Shown: positions 24,759-36,900 of the stretch, piece by piece | Layout of the letters: every line of letters begins with the position of its first letter | Numbering within the stretch: the stretch's first letter is position 1 | Assembly (NCBI GenBank): GCA_002633005.1 | Contig: NMRA01000310.1 | Coordinates: 314,624-378,623 of the forward strand | DNA length: 64,000 nucleotides | Source of the DNA: Phoronis australis | Taxonomy: Eukaryota > Animalia > Phoronida | Direction: 5' to 3' | The notes under the pieces: model-generated | What the model saw: only the letters and a program-made list of their open reading frames with translations | What the model was told of the DNA's origin: nothing | Database searches by the model: none | Position numbers and translations under genes: made by a program

Positions 24759-26388
24759 TTAATTGTGCGTGTAAAAGGGTTTATAGATTCGTACTGAATT
24801 TGTTGCTGCAACTTGTCTCATGGGCCTGTATCCGGCACGTGACCACAAATGTGGACACTAATTCGGCTATTGCGCAAGTCGAATGTAGCAAGGTGGCCAG
24901 TGAAAATGTAAGGCAGTGACAACTCGCATTTCTAGTCTCTTATTATGAAAACCATTGAAGGCAATTACCAGCACCTGCAAACAAGAATTTTGAAGTATGG
25001 AGAATTTCAACAGGAGTTAGTTGTATACTTAGTCGCGAAGCTACCGACATTCCAGCCACGGTTACTGCCGGTCCTTTGAAGCAATTATAGCACATATATA
25101 CGAATTTTTAAGAATGGCAAGGGTGCGTTTTGTGTTGACGGAAATGTCCATGGCGTCAAGGAATTTGAGGCATTTAATGATGAACAACACCTAGCAAAAC
25201 TAACTTCCAAGTATGCATACTGTGGCGGAATTAAGAAATACGATTATGGCAGTGCTAACTGTAGCAGAACCACAAAGTGTGCTAAAATGGTAGAAAATTA
25301 GGCATAACATTTTTGTAGCCTGAGCAGATAAAAGGTTGATTGGCGCAAGAGAAGGCCGATGTCTTCAATGCTCAGAAAAATTTCGGCAGGCAAGAGACTT
25401 GCCAAGAAAACGACACAGTTGAGTCCGGGCATTCTAAAGGAAGAACTGCAGCCAATTCCAATTATTCGGTGCAACTTCTCTCACCCGACAGTGTTGTTTC
25501 ACGATACCGCAACCCCAAACAGCGTCAAAGAAACGAAACGCGGAGGATGAGATATTACAGAGTATTAATATTTATTCTTGGATACAGGTGTCCACCTCAA
25601 AATTAATTTCCCACGGCCATTCTTTATGCCAATAGCAATGTTTTCGTCAACTGAAGAACAGGAATCATAGACATCCCGCACGCTCCGTCTATGGTTCTGA
25701 CACTTCAAACTTTTGTCAACACGACATGTAGCCGCAGAAAGTTTGATGTTGACCTCATTCTAATCTCTGCAATCCACTGTCAGGGGACGAAAACAATTCA
25801 AAGTCCGCTCCTCGAAATAGGGCTTGCTTAGCTGGAATTCAGAACTGCGGTCATGAGAGTGTTTTCACCTCCTGATTGCGAAGCGATCGAGTGGTATCTT
25901 CATCAGCGCGTGCTCTCAGTGGGAGGTCACCGCTTTATCCACTCAAGCGCTCGACCAACAACTGACGAGTCTCAGAACTCCCACATGCAATTTTGATATG
26001 CAAATGAGGGAGTACTTGACTACTGCGCCGTCTATACATCGACGGAAAAGCTTAAATACCCGTGACTGCGTGTGGGAAGTTGCGATTGAGTGCTCTGAAG
26101 TCGATATTTTTAAAGTACAATTACACCACTGTTTAAGGTTGCAAAGTGAATTTTTTGATATCCTTCTATAGAAAAAGCTTTAATCTCTCTGATAAAATCA
26201 TCTGTTTCCTTTTAAACGAAACTTAAGTCCTGAAATTAGTCCGGGGAAGGAGGCCAAAAACGGCGGTTTAGCTAGTTGTCCCTTCCTGGTTATCTCTTCC
26301 TGATTTTAGTCATGTTCTCTCGTCCGAATAATGGGAGGATATGCAGAAATGTTATAGCTGTGTTAAAAAAATATTGAAATTGAACAAC

Positions 26389-26486
26389 ATGTGCCCGAAA
26401 CATGTATTGTACATAGCATTCATGGCTGAAACATGTATTGTACATAGCATTCATGCCCGAAACATGTATTGTACATAGCATTCATG
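26389..26486. repeat. Tandem repeat, 31-bp unit GAAACATGTATTGTACATAGCATTCATGSCY x3
   Basis: direct inspection. Confidence 0.9.
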
Positions 26487-27106
26487 ACTAAATATTTCAT
26501 AATATAATTCTTTCAAAATCATGCAGTTGCCCACATCTCTAGGAAAACCAATCTCCGTTGTCTGAAAATAAGGCGTTTTAGATGCAAATGGTTTCTGATT
26601 GTGATCTGTTGGTTTTTTAAAAGAAGATTTGAACGCGGGTCTTTTCAGTGACGTCTATTTCTGAAATGAGAAAATTTCTGAAACTGATCTATGTTAATCT
26701 GCAACCCCACTATAAGATTGGGCAATTAAACACCACTTTAAGCTTAACATTTTTTTTCTTGTTGAAGAGACAGTTTGCTATAAACAGTGTGGAGGCTTGT
26801 AAGCTAACAGAACTAAAAGCATTTCATATAGGTTACTCAATGTACTCTTGGCAAATACAGGGGGCTCCAGCCCGCATTTGTCAGGAGTTAAGTAGCAAGG
26901 ATGCATTAGTCATACCATATAGCAGACCTACATGTACAGGGTAAACACAAAGCACCAATAAAGTTTAATATAAACTAGGGGGATGATGTTGCAAACAGAA
27001 AGACTAACTCAAGTTACTTACTGGATTTTTTTACCTCACTAAGCTCTGTAAGTGCATGTTCACATGGTTACAACCAAAATCCGAATGCTTACTACAAACG
27101 AACGTT

Positions 27107-27270
27107 CAAGCCAAATCTCATCAAACAATACTCTTGAATCATTGGTTAGTCTACAATAGCAAGATATAATCGACTAATAAACAGTTAGAACACTCAAGCC
27201 AAATCTCATCAAACGATATTCTTGATTGGTTAGTCTACAATAGAACGATATAAGTGACCAATAAACAGTT
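27107..27270. repeat. Two-copy direct repeat (~89-bp period, CAAGCCAAATCTCATCAAAC...ATTGGTTAGTCTACAATAG)
   Basis: direct inspection. Confidence 0.75.
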
Positions 27271-27864
27271 ACCTGTGAGCGGTAGTAAACCTCTATTATA
27301 GTGCAATCAAGGAAACGCCTTAACACATACATATAACGCCCCTGGTAGACACAAAAGTTACTGAACAGATGCTCTTCGGTGGTTACCACTCAGGGCGCTA
27401 ATTTGATGCCTCAATTCTGTGGCCAGTATCGGCTCCATTTCCATCTGAAAAATATATATTCAAATCACACGAAATTCCCATCATCAGCCCCAAAAGTTTC
27501 CTCCCAGTAGTTAAACAAATCTGTCAGATGTAGAATCGCTTTTATCTCGCACAGTCCCTCAAACTGGCGGCAACCATGGGCGATTTTCCCCTCGCCTGAA
27601 AAATTTCCCCTCAGAAGGCTGCCGCACCTTTCCCCTCAGGAGAGAGAGGGTCCTGTCCCTAAAGTAATTCAGCAGTATTGATATCATAGGGATGATTTGA
27701 ACCCAGACTTACCCAACCATCCATTAGACTTGCATCAGAGTTTATTACAAATTTTGTTCTCATTTTATTCCAGGCTGAGTGACTGCTTCAGCATGTGGTG
27801 TGAATACCCTTGGACGGTGGTCATTTTATAGCCGTGGTGCTAGTGACTGGCTGGGAGTCCCACC

Positions 27865-27916
27865 ATGGCTGGATGGCAGAGCCTGTCTGGATACCTGTCG
27901 CACCGAACTGGTGGTG
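27865..27916 (+). CDS. TBC1D2B: TBC1D2-like coding exon 1 (MAGWQSLSGYLSHRTGG; exon starts at acceptor 27774)
   Basis: Kozak CCCACCATGG, in-frame upstream TGA at 27844, donor GTGAGT at 27917; PH beta-1 motif GYL. Confidence 0.85.
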
Positions 27917-30900
27917 GTGAGTTCATGCATTGCTCACTAGAATTTTTTTGATTGGGAGCCTCGCCTTAGTCAGATGTAAGAACCTTATGTTTGGTTTCGA
28001 ACTTTCGAGCGCCGCAATAGCTGTGCACAGGCCTACCTAGGTGACTTGTGTGCCTAATCAGAGTGCAACTTGAACACTAGAGTCCAGCACACAGGGAGAG
28101 CTGTGATGCACCTGGAATGCAAATGACTTTGGCTCAAAGCTCATGTCTACACCAAAAATGAACCTTGTAAGTGGGCAATATGAGCTAAGTGTTGAGCCGA
28201 TTACCATTGGCAGCCAATCAAAATTGATAATTGCATCACCTGACATCAACAAATCTCTCTCGCTGTCTCGTAACCATGTATGCCACATTTATGCCGAATA
28301 CTGCAAATGCAGTTTACAGGTCAAGGAGCATTTTTCCTCACTTTGTCCGTGTTTATTGACGTCAAGTAGCTCAGCTCATAGCCTTCTCTCTGCGGTGGTC
28401 CTAACGCTTCCCTCACACTCCAAGCCAACCTAGGCTACCAGATTGTGTGCGTGCGTGCGTGCGTGCGTGTTGCAAACAAATTGCAACCTACAATAGCGTG
28501 TTTACATCTTGGGTATCTCTACCTTCGTTATCTGGCACTGTGCTTCATGAGATACGTCGCACGCTCGAATAATGGGGACAACCTTATACTTATTTTCTTA
28601 TTACGTTAGTATTGGTCGTCCATTTGATTTATTGGCACTGTGCCAGATAAAGAAATAAAAATTGGTAAAAAGTTGGTGCGGATTTTTTACTTTGTACCAC
28701 TTGGTGTCACTTCAACCTGTGAAAACTACTGTATGTCCAGAATGTATTTGCACGATTGTGTTTTTGTCGCTCCTTAAATTAAACTAAGTACCCAACGTGC
28801 ATGATGTCCGTGACAGTGCTCCGCCTGTTATTGAGATTATCTATATAGAGACCCTGGTTGTCCGTTTGCAAAGAAATCCATTTTAGCAAGCACGAAATTC
28901 CGTTTTTTACATTTAGTAAATTAGCGAATCCCATTTTGCTATTTCAAAGTGACAAATAACTAAAGTATGATTTGGATATTGCTTTACTTTTGATGCTGTT
29001 CCTCTGATGGCATACTGCTCCCCATGTCTCAAAATTGGAAGAGAACAGCGCTACCTTCAGGAAAAATTATCTGAGTTGCTGGAAAACAATCATCAATTAA
29101 ATTGCAACCAGAAAATGGTAAACTATGATGGAATGTATATTTAATGCATGATGATTAACAACCAAAAGTATGAGAGCTATGGTATCTACTGCTGAAACAT
29201 GTAAATTCCGTTCGAAATTTCGAATTCCGTGAAAGAATTCAGATTTTGTGAATACTTTCTGTTGTCAGTGGAAACCAGGGTCATGACTTACAAATTATGT
29301 TTGCAAATTACACCTCACTCACCCTGATCACCTGCTGACAGGGCATTACCATGCCTTTTGTGTTTCCAAAGCTATAAATCTAATCTGGTGGAAACAATTA
29401 CTCTCTAAGACAGATTTACAGGCAGACATGACTTGCTGCTTGGTTAGGGTGAGGCACCTTGCTTTTGTTAGTCTTGGTCTGTAAAGATTGATGGCATGGT
29501 CTCTAGAGACCCTTTCATACTAAAGTCCATGCAGTTGATGTTCTGGGGACTTGCGATCGGTATGAACATTTAAATTTGGTCCTGGATTGAAGTTAACAGC
29601 GCCAGTTAACTTCGCAGTAAATTGGTAGATTTAACAGCGGAGTGTCGACGCTGTGGTGCTGTATGAACGGTCATCTTCAGTATCTTCGAAGTTATCACCA
29701 GGGGCCACTGCTATCTCAACAATTAATGGCAGTGTCGTTGCTAATAATTGTTAATATTTTGCTGCAATATTCACCAGTCAAATTAGAAATACGTTTGATG
29801 TCAGTTAGTATACGTAAATGTTTTCAAATTGTAACATTAGAAAATGTTAGCATGCACGGGATACATAAGCGTGCGCTATCTTGCAATTACTTCGATGACG
29901 ACAGCGTCACCTACTGTTTACTTCTATACTGTTGACTACCGAAGGTCATATAAACCGTTCATTTAACTTTGCAGTTGGGCCTTATACGTATTTTGTATTG
30001 TTTCAGCTCTGGGAAGACTCAAGTCCAAACGTAGGCTCTGGTTCATGTATGATGAATCCGGATGCCAATTGGTCTGCTTCAACAGTGAGGATGAGTCTAT
30101 GACGGAGACACCACTGTTTACCGTCGCCATAGGAACGGCAGCCATATCTCTGAATCTGGACATTCAGAACCAGTTCATCATCAGGTAGGGTCAGCGTTGA
30201 TCTAGTCTACATTGGATTATGTGATGTGTAAGGACCTGTTTTATCCTTGTAAGTTCGTGACACTAACCGGCTACTGAGCATGAGAGAGTGACTGCATTTT
30301 TCCTTCTGTATCCTTTTTCATATAATTTTGAATCTCTGATTGGGCTATTGGTCTGGTAAGATATATTTGGCTGTAAACCACAGAATAAGTAAAATAGCTT
30401 TTCCATGAATCTCACGGCAAGTATTTTTCAGTTCCCACAATGAACTGCTGATAAGCTCCGCCCACTGGTTAGAGGGCTTGGAATTTTCCGCGGAAACGCG
30501 GATTTCCGCTTTTTTCAAATGTTCTGTCCGCGCGTTTTATTATATTTTCGCGTAAAAAAAATCGGATTTGCTGTAAAATTTTTGTCGGGGAAAGGTTCAC
30601 ATCGACCATTTCAAGGCTGGGTAGCGCGCATGATTTGGGCCGTAAAAGTTTCCGCGTTTTTGTCATTGGTCATTCCAAGCCCTGTAGTTAGCCAGTATTT
30701 GTGGGCCACATTTTTTTGACATGATTATGCCAAAGATAACCGCCACATAGATCGTAGATATTCAAGACATGTTGAACATCAGCTGTGAGGGTCTTTCCAT
30801 TTAGTGTAGAAAAGGGTAGACTAGTGAAAAGAAAATGTGTAGCTTAGCCTTTGATCGATGTTCAAGAAAATTTGCAGATATTATGTTTCTTCTATGAATG

Positions 30901-33900
30901 GGACGGCATGAGGAAACTGTTGGATAGATCCGACTACCGCTGTGCCTTCTAGTGGCAATTTTATTTTTTAATCTTTGCGCCTGTGTCATACAGAATTGAT
31001 TGATGGGTTATGAAGCTTTTTCGCATCCGCCTGTCTATCGGACAAACCATTCTAAGGGATCCTTTCTCAAAACTGTCATACGTGTTCCTTCTTGGAAGTA
31101 CATGGCTGTGGTGTCCTCTTGTGGCATTTTATGTTTTTGCCTGTTGCTCAGTACATGGTCCTTGATGGATCTTCATGAGGTTTGGCATGCAGTTCTCCTC
31201 AGGAGAGTACAACTGACGGGGATTTTAGGACAAATCCAACTACTGGGGAGTCGCCTAGTGGCAATTTTGTTTTTCTTTGAATTTGCCTTGGTATCTAAAT
31301 TCCTTGATAGAGGTTCTTGAAATTTGGCAAACAAGTTACTATCACATAGGCCACAACAAGGACTGTGTTTCCGATGGAGTTGATCTATGTTGTGCCCCCT
31401 AGTGGCCTTTCTGTTGCTCTTGTTGTCTTGCTTCCCTATGCTCCAAACTTGTTGAAAAGTGTGTTCCTATTGAGGAGAGCATTCCTGACCAGCTTTGCTC
31501 CCCCTAAAGCCTATTATTAACTTTACTAACACTGCTTTGTTTAGTGGAAAATTTCTAAGATAATGACCATTTCTTCTATTTGGTGTATGCGATGCACAAA
31601 GTGGGCCCATGTCATTGCTCTACATTGCTCACATTTAACATTTCATGGCAATACCGGACATATTCTATTCTCCGTATACATGTAACAAACTGGCTTTCAG
31701 GTTGTTTAACTAATTTGTGTTTGGTTCTGCCAATAGATGGCATCAGCTATCGTGCCGTGATTGACCAGGTGTTACCTTGTTATGCAGGTGTGAAGGTCGG
31801 GAGCACTTTCTGACAGCTGACAACCATGAGTCGATGATGATATGGCTTCTGGGGCTACAGGTAAGGTGACATTAATGAGTAACTGAGTCAGGGGGAATAT
31901 TGGTGGATGAGGAAGTTCTTAGAGAGGGCTGACAGGTGATTGATAGGTCAGCGCGGAGGTAATTCATCTTGTTGTTTTTCAGTGAATTTGAGGCGGATTT
32001 CAGGGATAAAGGGAAGGCACATTACTGACGGACGGAGCTGGGTGATTTAGTCTTTTTTGATGACAGCGGGCTATGATATTGCATGTGCCATACTCTCCAG
32101 GTTAACGCCCCTTGTTCAAATAAGTGCCCCCTTTTATAAAAAAATTCACTCCAACACATTATATTGATATAGTGTGTATACTCAAAAGGCCAATCCTGAA
32201 ATAACAAAGCACTGCTATTACTTTAAGGTATTTACCCACAATGCAACAAATCTTCAAGCGCTTGTCCTTTTTGTTGCCGTGGAGATGTGTTTGTTAATAT
32301 GTTTTACAATTCTAATGTTGGCAAATTTTTATTAATGGATTTTTAGTTGCAATACTGACAACGAGATCTTGTCAAAAAGCACAATATTAGTGACATTTGG
32401 AAAAGTAGGTCAGTCATGCTGTGTATTTTCTACCTCCACGAAAGAGGAGAGTTCAATCGGGGATGGACCTATTGCCTAATTAAAGCTACATTTCACCTTG
32501 CTAAGCTGGCTGACAAACGAAAATTGTCTTTTACCTTAAAATTGGTCTCCTAGTATTCCTTACCATGATAGGATTCTAGTTATGTTACCAACAATATCGA
32601 AACAATAAATGACTCAATGTTCAGTAGGGTTGGCAAATAGTAAAATTGCGGATTCGAAAATGGTGCATTTAGTTCAAATAACATCATTCAAATTGAAAAA
32701 ATTTTGTTTTTGCTTCGAGTTTTTGTTCTTGTGAGTAAAAACCGACTCAGGAAATGAGAGTTTATTACGACTGCGCACTTCAGTTTCATATGAATAAAAC
32801 TTGTTTTCAAAATGCAATTTTAATCACTAAATGTTCACCAGCTGTCATGAGTTGTCGTGGCAACAGTTATTGGGGACACAAATTGTTTCTGGAAGTACAG
32901 CTTGCTAGTTTTGATTAATTATTTTTGCATTGAAACCCGAGGTGTGTGTGTAGTGCTTTAACAATGAAAAATAGTTTGCACTCGTCACGTCACGCTTATT
33001 TGTATCTTTGTGGAGGCGAATACCCACCAACATAATGCTGCGTTATTATCCTGTCTTTATAATATGTTTTGCTTTTCACTAATTTCCACAACATGCCATA
33101 AAAACAGTGCAAACTGTCCTACACCAAGGCTAGGTGAGGTGCTTTACCCCAGCCAAGGAGCAAGTCCAGCATATTCATGAAGACATGCTTGAGTTAATTG
33201 AGCTAATAAATGTTTGTTAGAGACTACTTTACCTGTAATTATTTCCGCTAGATTTGGTTTATTGCATTGCAAACACAGCAGGTATGGTACTGCGCTGTCT
33301 GCAGGTGATTGGGCTGAGTGGGGTATAATTTCTAAACAATACATATAAGTCATGAAACTGGAAGCTGCTGATTGGTGTTCAATGTCTGTGTGATGGGTCT
33401 GAAGGCCCTTTTATACTGATTTAAGTCTGGTCTGAGTGGAGCGTCGACGTAAACTGCGAAGTTAACTGAACCTTTCATACCGGCTTCGGTAGTTAACGGA
33501 CATCAAAGTAATCGCAAGATAGCGCTGATGCAACGTCTGCATGCTAACATTTTTTTTAATGGGGTAATTTGGGAACATTTACGTGACTTGTGCTAATTGA
33601 CATAAAACTTATTTCTAATCCGATTGGTGGTCAAGTTATTCGAGCAAAAAATGAGCAGCTATTACCGGTGACACTGCCCTTTAATTGTTGATGATGACAG
33701 TGGCCCCTGGTGATAACTTTGATGGGACCGAAGTTAGTCATCATACTGCACCACAGTGTTGACGCTCCGCTGTTAAATCCACCTGTTTACTGCAAAGTTA
33801 ACTGTTGCTAGAACTGAAGTCATCCATTCATACAACCGCAATTCCTCGAAACATCGACACGTTGACGTTAGCATGAAAGGGCCTTGATTGTAATTTCATT

Positions 33901-36900
33901 GTATTCAGTCATGTACTGTCCATTTAGGCCAAACGCGACGCATTCATGAAGAAAGTGCTACCACCCCCTATCACAGATAAATGGGACATGCCCTTGTTGA
34001 GAAAACGGGTAAGTAGTATTACTCAGTTTCTAATATTTACACATTGAGTATTCTTCCGTGTGATGGCTGGGTGAGGGGTTGTTTCGTGACTTGTTTTTGT
34101 CAATTCAATAAGCTCATTGGTCAACCATTTTAAAACCACCGTTCAGGAACTAGGTAAGTAAAACTTGGTGCAAATCCACGATTTCATCCAATTTGTGGCA
34201 CATTCCAACTTCAGTGGGATGTGCTATCTGAGCTGCAGCATTTCAAAATCTCTAGTTTTAGTATAACCTCTTTTAGTTGTAATTTGCTATATGAGTGAGT
34301 GTGGAATTTAATGCATTTTTGACAGAATTGTTGATGTTTGTTGTGAGGGGTTGTTTCGTGACTTGTTTTTGTCAATTCAATAAGCTCATTGGTCAACCAT
34401 TTTAAAACCACCGTTCAGGAGCTAGTAAAACTTTGTGCAAATCCACGATTTCATCCAATTTGTGGCACGTTCCAACTTCAGTGGGACATACTGCAGCGTT
34501 TTAAAATCTCTAGTTTTAGTATAACCTCTTTTAGTTTTAATTTGTTATATGAGTGAATGTGGAATTTAAAGCATTCTCTACAGAACTGTTGATGTTTGTT
34601 CAGAGAAAATGGTTGCTTTCAATAAAAACCTGGCAACTAATGCTGATTGTCTTTTATCTTTCATCAGTTTTCATTTTGATTGCCATCTTTCTTATTTTAC
34701 GGACCATAATAGAAATATATCTTTGACTTTTTATGTTATCCATGTCTTGCACTTGTACTTTTATTATTTTATTTTTTGTCTTGTGTTTTTAACCTTCTAT
34801 TTCCCTGTACTTTTGAGATTCTAAAAAGTTTATTATTAACGGTTCACTGCCTCCATTGCTGCAACTTCACTTCTGTTGTTCTCTTTGAATGTTTTCTAGT
34901 GATTAATTTTCGAAATGTCCAGATGAAACGTGGTAATTGTGTTCACAAAATTTATTGGTTAACACGTGATAGCGTGTTTTGATTTCTGGCTCGTTCTTCC
35001 GCTATTGGTGGGTATCAGTGTCAGTAGTTGTAGTCTGGACACATGCCGATACATTGACATACCTTTTGAACTTTCCATGTCAAAGGTCACTGCTGATAGG
35101 TAGAGCTGCCCTAGTTGTCCTCACGGATATCACTCAATGTTCAATTGTTAACCATTTCTGTATTCTTTTGTTTGGCGCCACATCTCTTGCACTGATTATT
35201 TAAAATGCTTCAAAGCTTTATTTTGGCTAGCCATTTTATAAGCGCATGTTGTCTTAAAGTTGCTAGGCTGAGTTTGATCGATAAGACGGTTAAAATTCAA
35301 GTTTATTCACACCCGATTTTTGTATGCTATACATCGAAAGGTAACATGGTCTTTGACCCAGGTGTGTCCTTCCATTCTGTAACGATAATAGCGAAAAATT
35401 TAACTAGTGTCCCCAGAGAAGTCGGAATCATTGCCAATAATCTCAATGTTTTTTTGAAAAAATCAAAACGTGAAATTTTGTAACAATTCAAAACGAATAA
35501 AAATCACGGTGAAAACATAATTTAGCAATTCTTAATCGAGTGATTTCTGTGCATCTGCTGTTCAAGAACGTCGTTCAAAGTGGCTCTAAGGCCACCTTCT
35601 CGTCACATTTCATTTATACAACCATGAAGTAGCTCTCAATAAGTTTCGAAGTCAAAACAAATGGGATTTTTGGTCCTGGAAAGAACTTCTAATGAGACTA
35701 GTCTCTGTGGGTCATTTTACGTACCAAGCATGACTCTCAACCAATAACTTACTGTGAGCTCTACGCAAGACCAAAATCACTCCTCATCCGAACAAGGAAA
35801 AAGTTGAAACCAGTTTTAGAGGGTAAACGTTACTAAAAAGCACAGGTTATTTATTTGACAAACGGTGCTCTATTGCTGCTTTGATTTCTAATTTGTTAAA
35901 TCTAATGCACATTAATATTTGCCGGTTTTGTAATTTTCACTCACACGGTGTTTTAGGCTCTTACTCCTCGGTTTTTGTGCGTCGAAATGTTTTGTATGTA
36001 CCAGGTGAGTTCATCTGCATTCGTATAAGTACATAGCTTCACGTGCAAGAAAATGGTTCATCTGTCGATTGGTTATTTCAGAGTGACACTGATATTTCTC
36101 CTAGTCTTCCTCCACCGGCATCTTCGGATTCCAGGATGCGTCACAATTCAACGCCTCAGGGTAAGACTAATCTACTATAATTAAAGGGATACTAAGAAAT
36201 GTGAAAAGCGGGTGACTGTCTCTTGTTATTGTTGAGTTTGAAGCATAAAGCCTCTGGCTTCACAATACATTTTTTATACTTAGTGTACTTTCCTCTTCTA
36301 AGCTGTTAGCATTTTTCCACTACAGACAGAAAGTGCAACCCTCAAAACGTTTGGGTTGTACCATTTACTTTCACTTTTTTATGTGACCACATATTTATAT
36401 GTGGGTACATATTGCCATCATCACTGTCTGGGCGTCCGGGCGTCTGGTGTCCGGTGTCTGCTGCTGTATCTCGTAAATGCCTTGCAGGATCTTAATGAGA
36501 TTTGGTAGATGTGTTTCTATGAAGCTGGAGACAGACGAGTTTCAGGCTCATCCGTTAACTGCTCTGCCCTTTGTGGCAATGTGTTTTTATGTTTGCCTCT
36601 CTATCTTGAGAGTTCGTGGATGGATTTTCGTGAAGGTTTGCGAAAAGGTTTCAATTAAGGGTACAACAACGTCTTTTCATTTTCAGATGGATGCAGTGTA
36701 TTGTGTGCCACCTAGTGGCCGTTTTTGTTATTTCGAGTTTGTTATTTAGCATCTGCCTCTTTTTCCGCCAAACTAAAAGGAACATTATGAAACTTAGCAG
36801 TTGTGTTCCTGATGCGAAGAACATGGCTGACGTTGATTTTCATACTGGTCTGACAACGCTGGCGTCCCCTAGTGGTGATTTTGTATTTTTTGGCCATGGC

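Larger units (their letters stand above)
21276..26302 (+). mobile_element. P-superfamily (THAP9-like) DNA transposon, degenerate/internally deleted, hosting a nested Kolobok element
   Basis: perfect 29-bp TIRs CAGGAAGAGATAACCAGGAAGGGACAACT (21276-21304 / 26274-26302); 7-bp TSD ATTTTAG (21269-21275 / 26303-26309); CA...TG termini; frameshifted + strand remnant ~25100-25560 (IRIFKNG...YAYCGGI...RTTKC...RCLQC...RTAANSNYSVQLLSPDSVVSRYRN) resembling the region upstream of invertebrate P-type transposases. Confidence 0.75.

Noticed and set aside
21355-26740. Alternative outer element boundaries at TTAA|AGTAGTCTGG ... AAACACCACT|TTAA
   Set aside because: Only weak similarity; superseded by the perfect 29-bp TIRs and 7-bp TSD at 21276/26302
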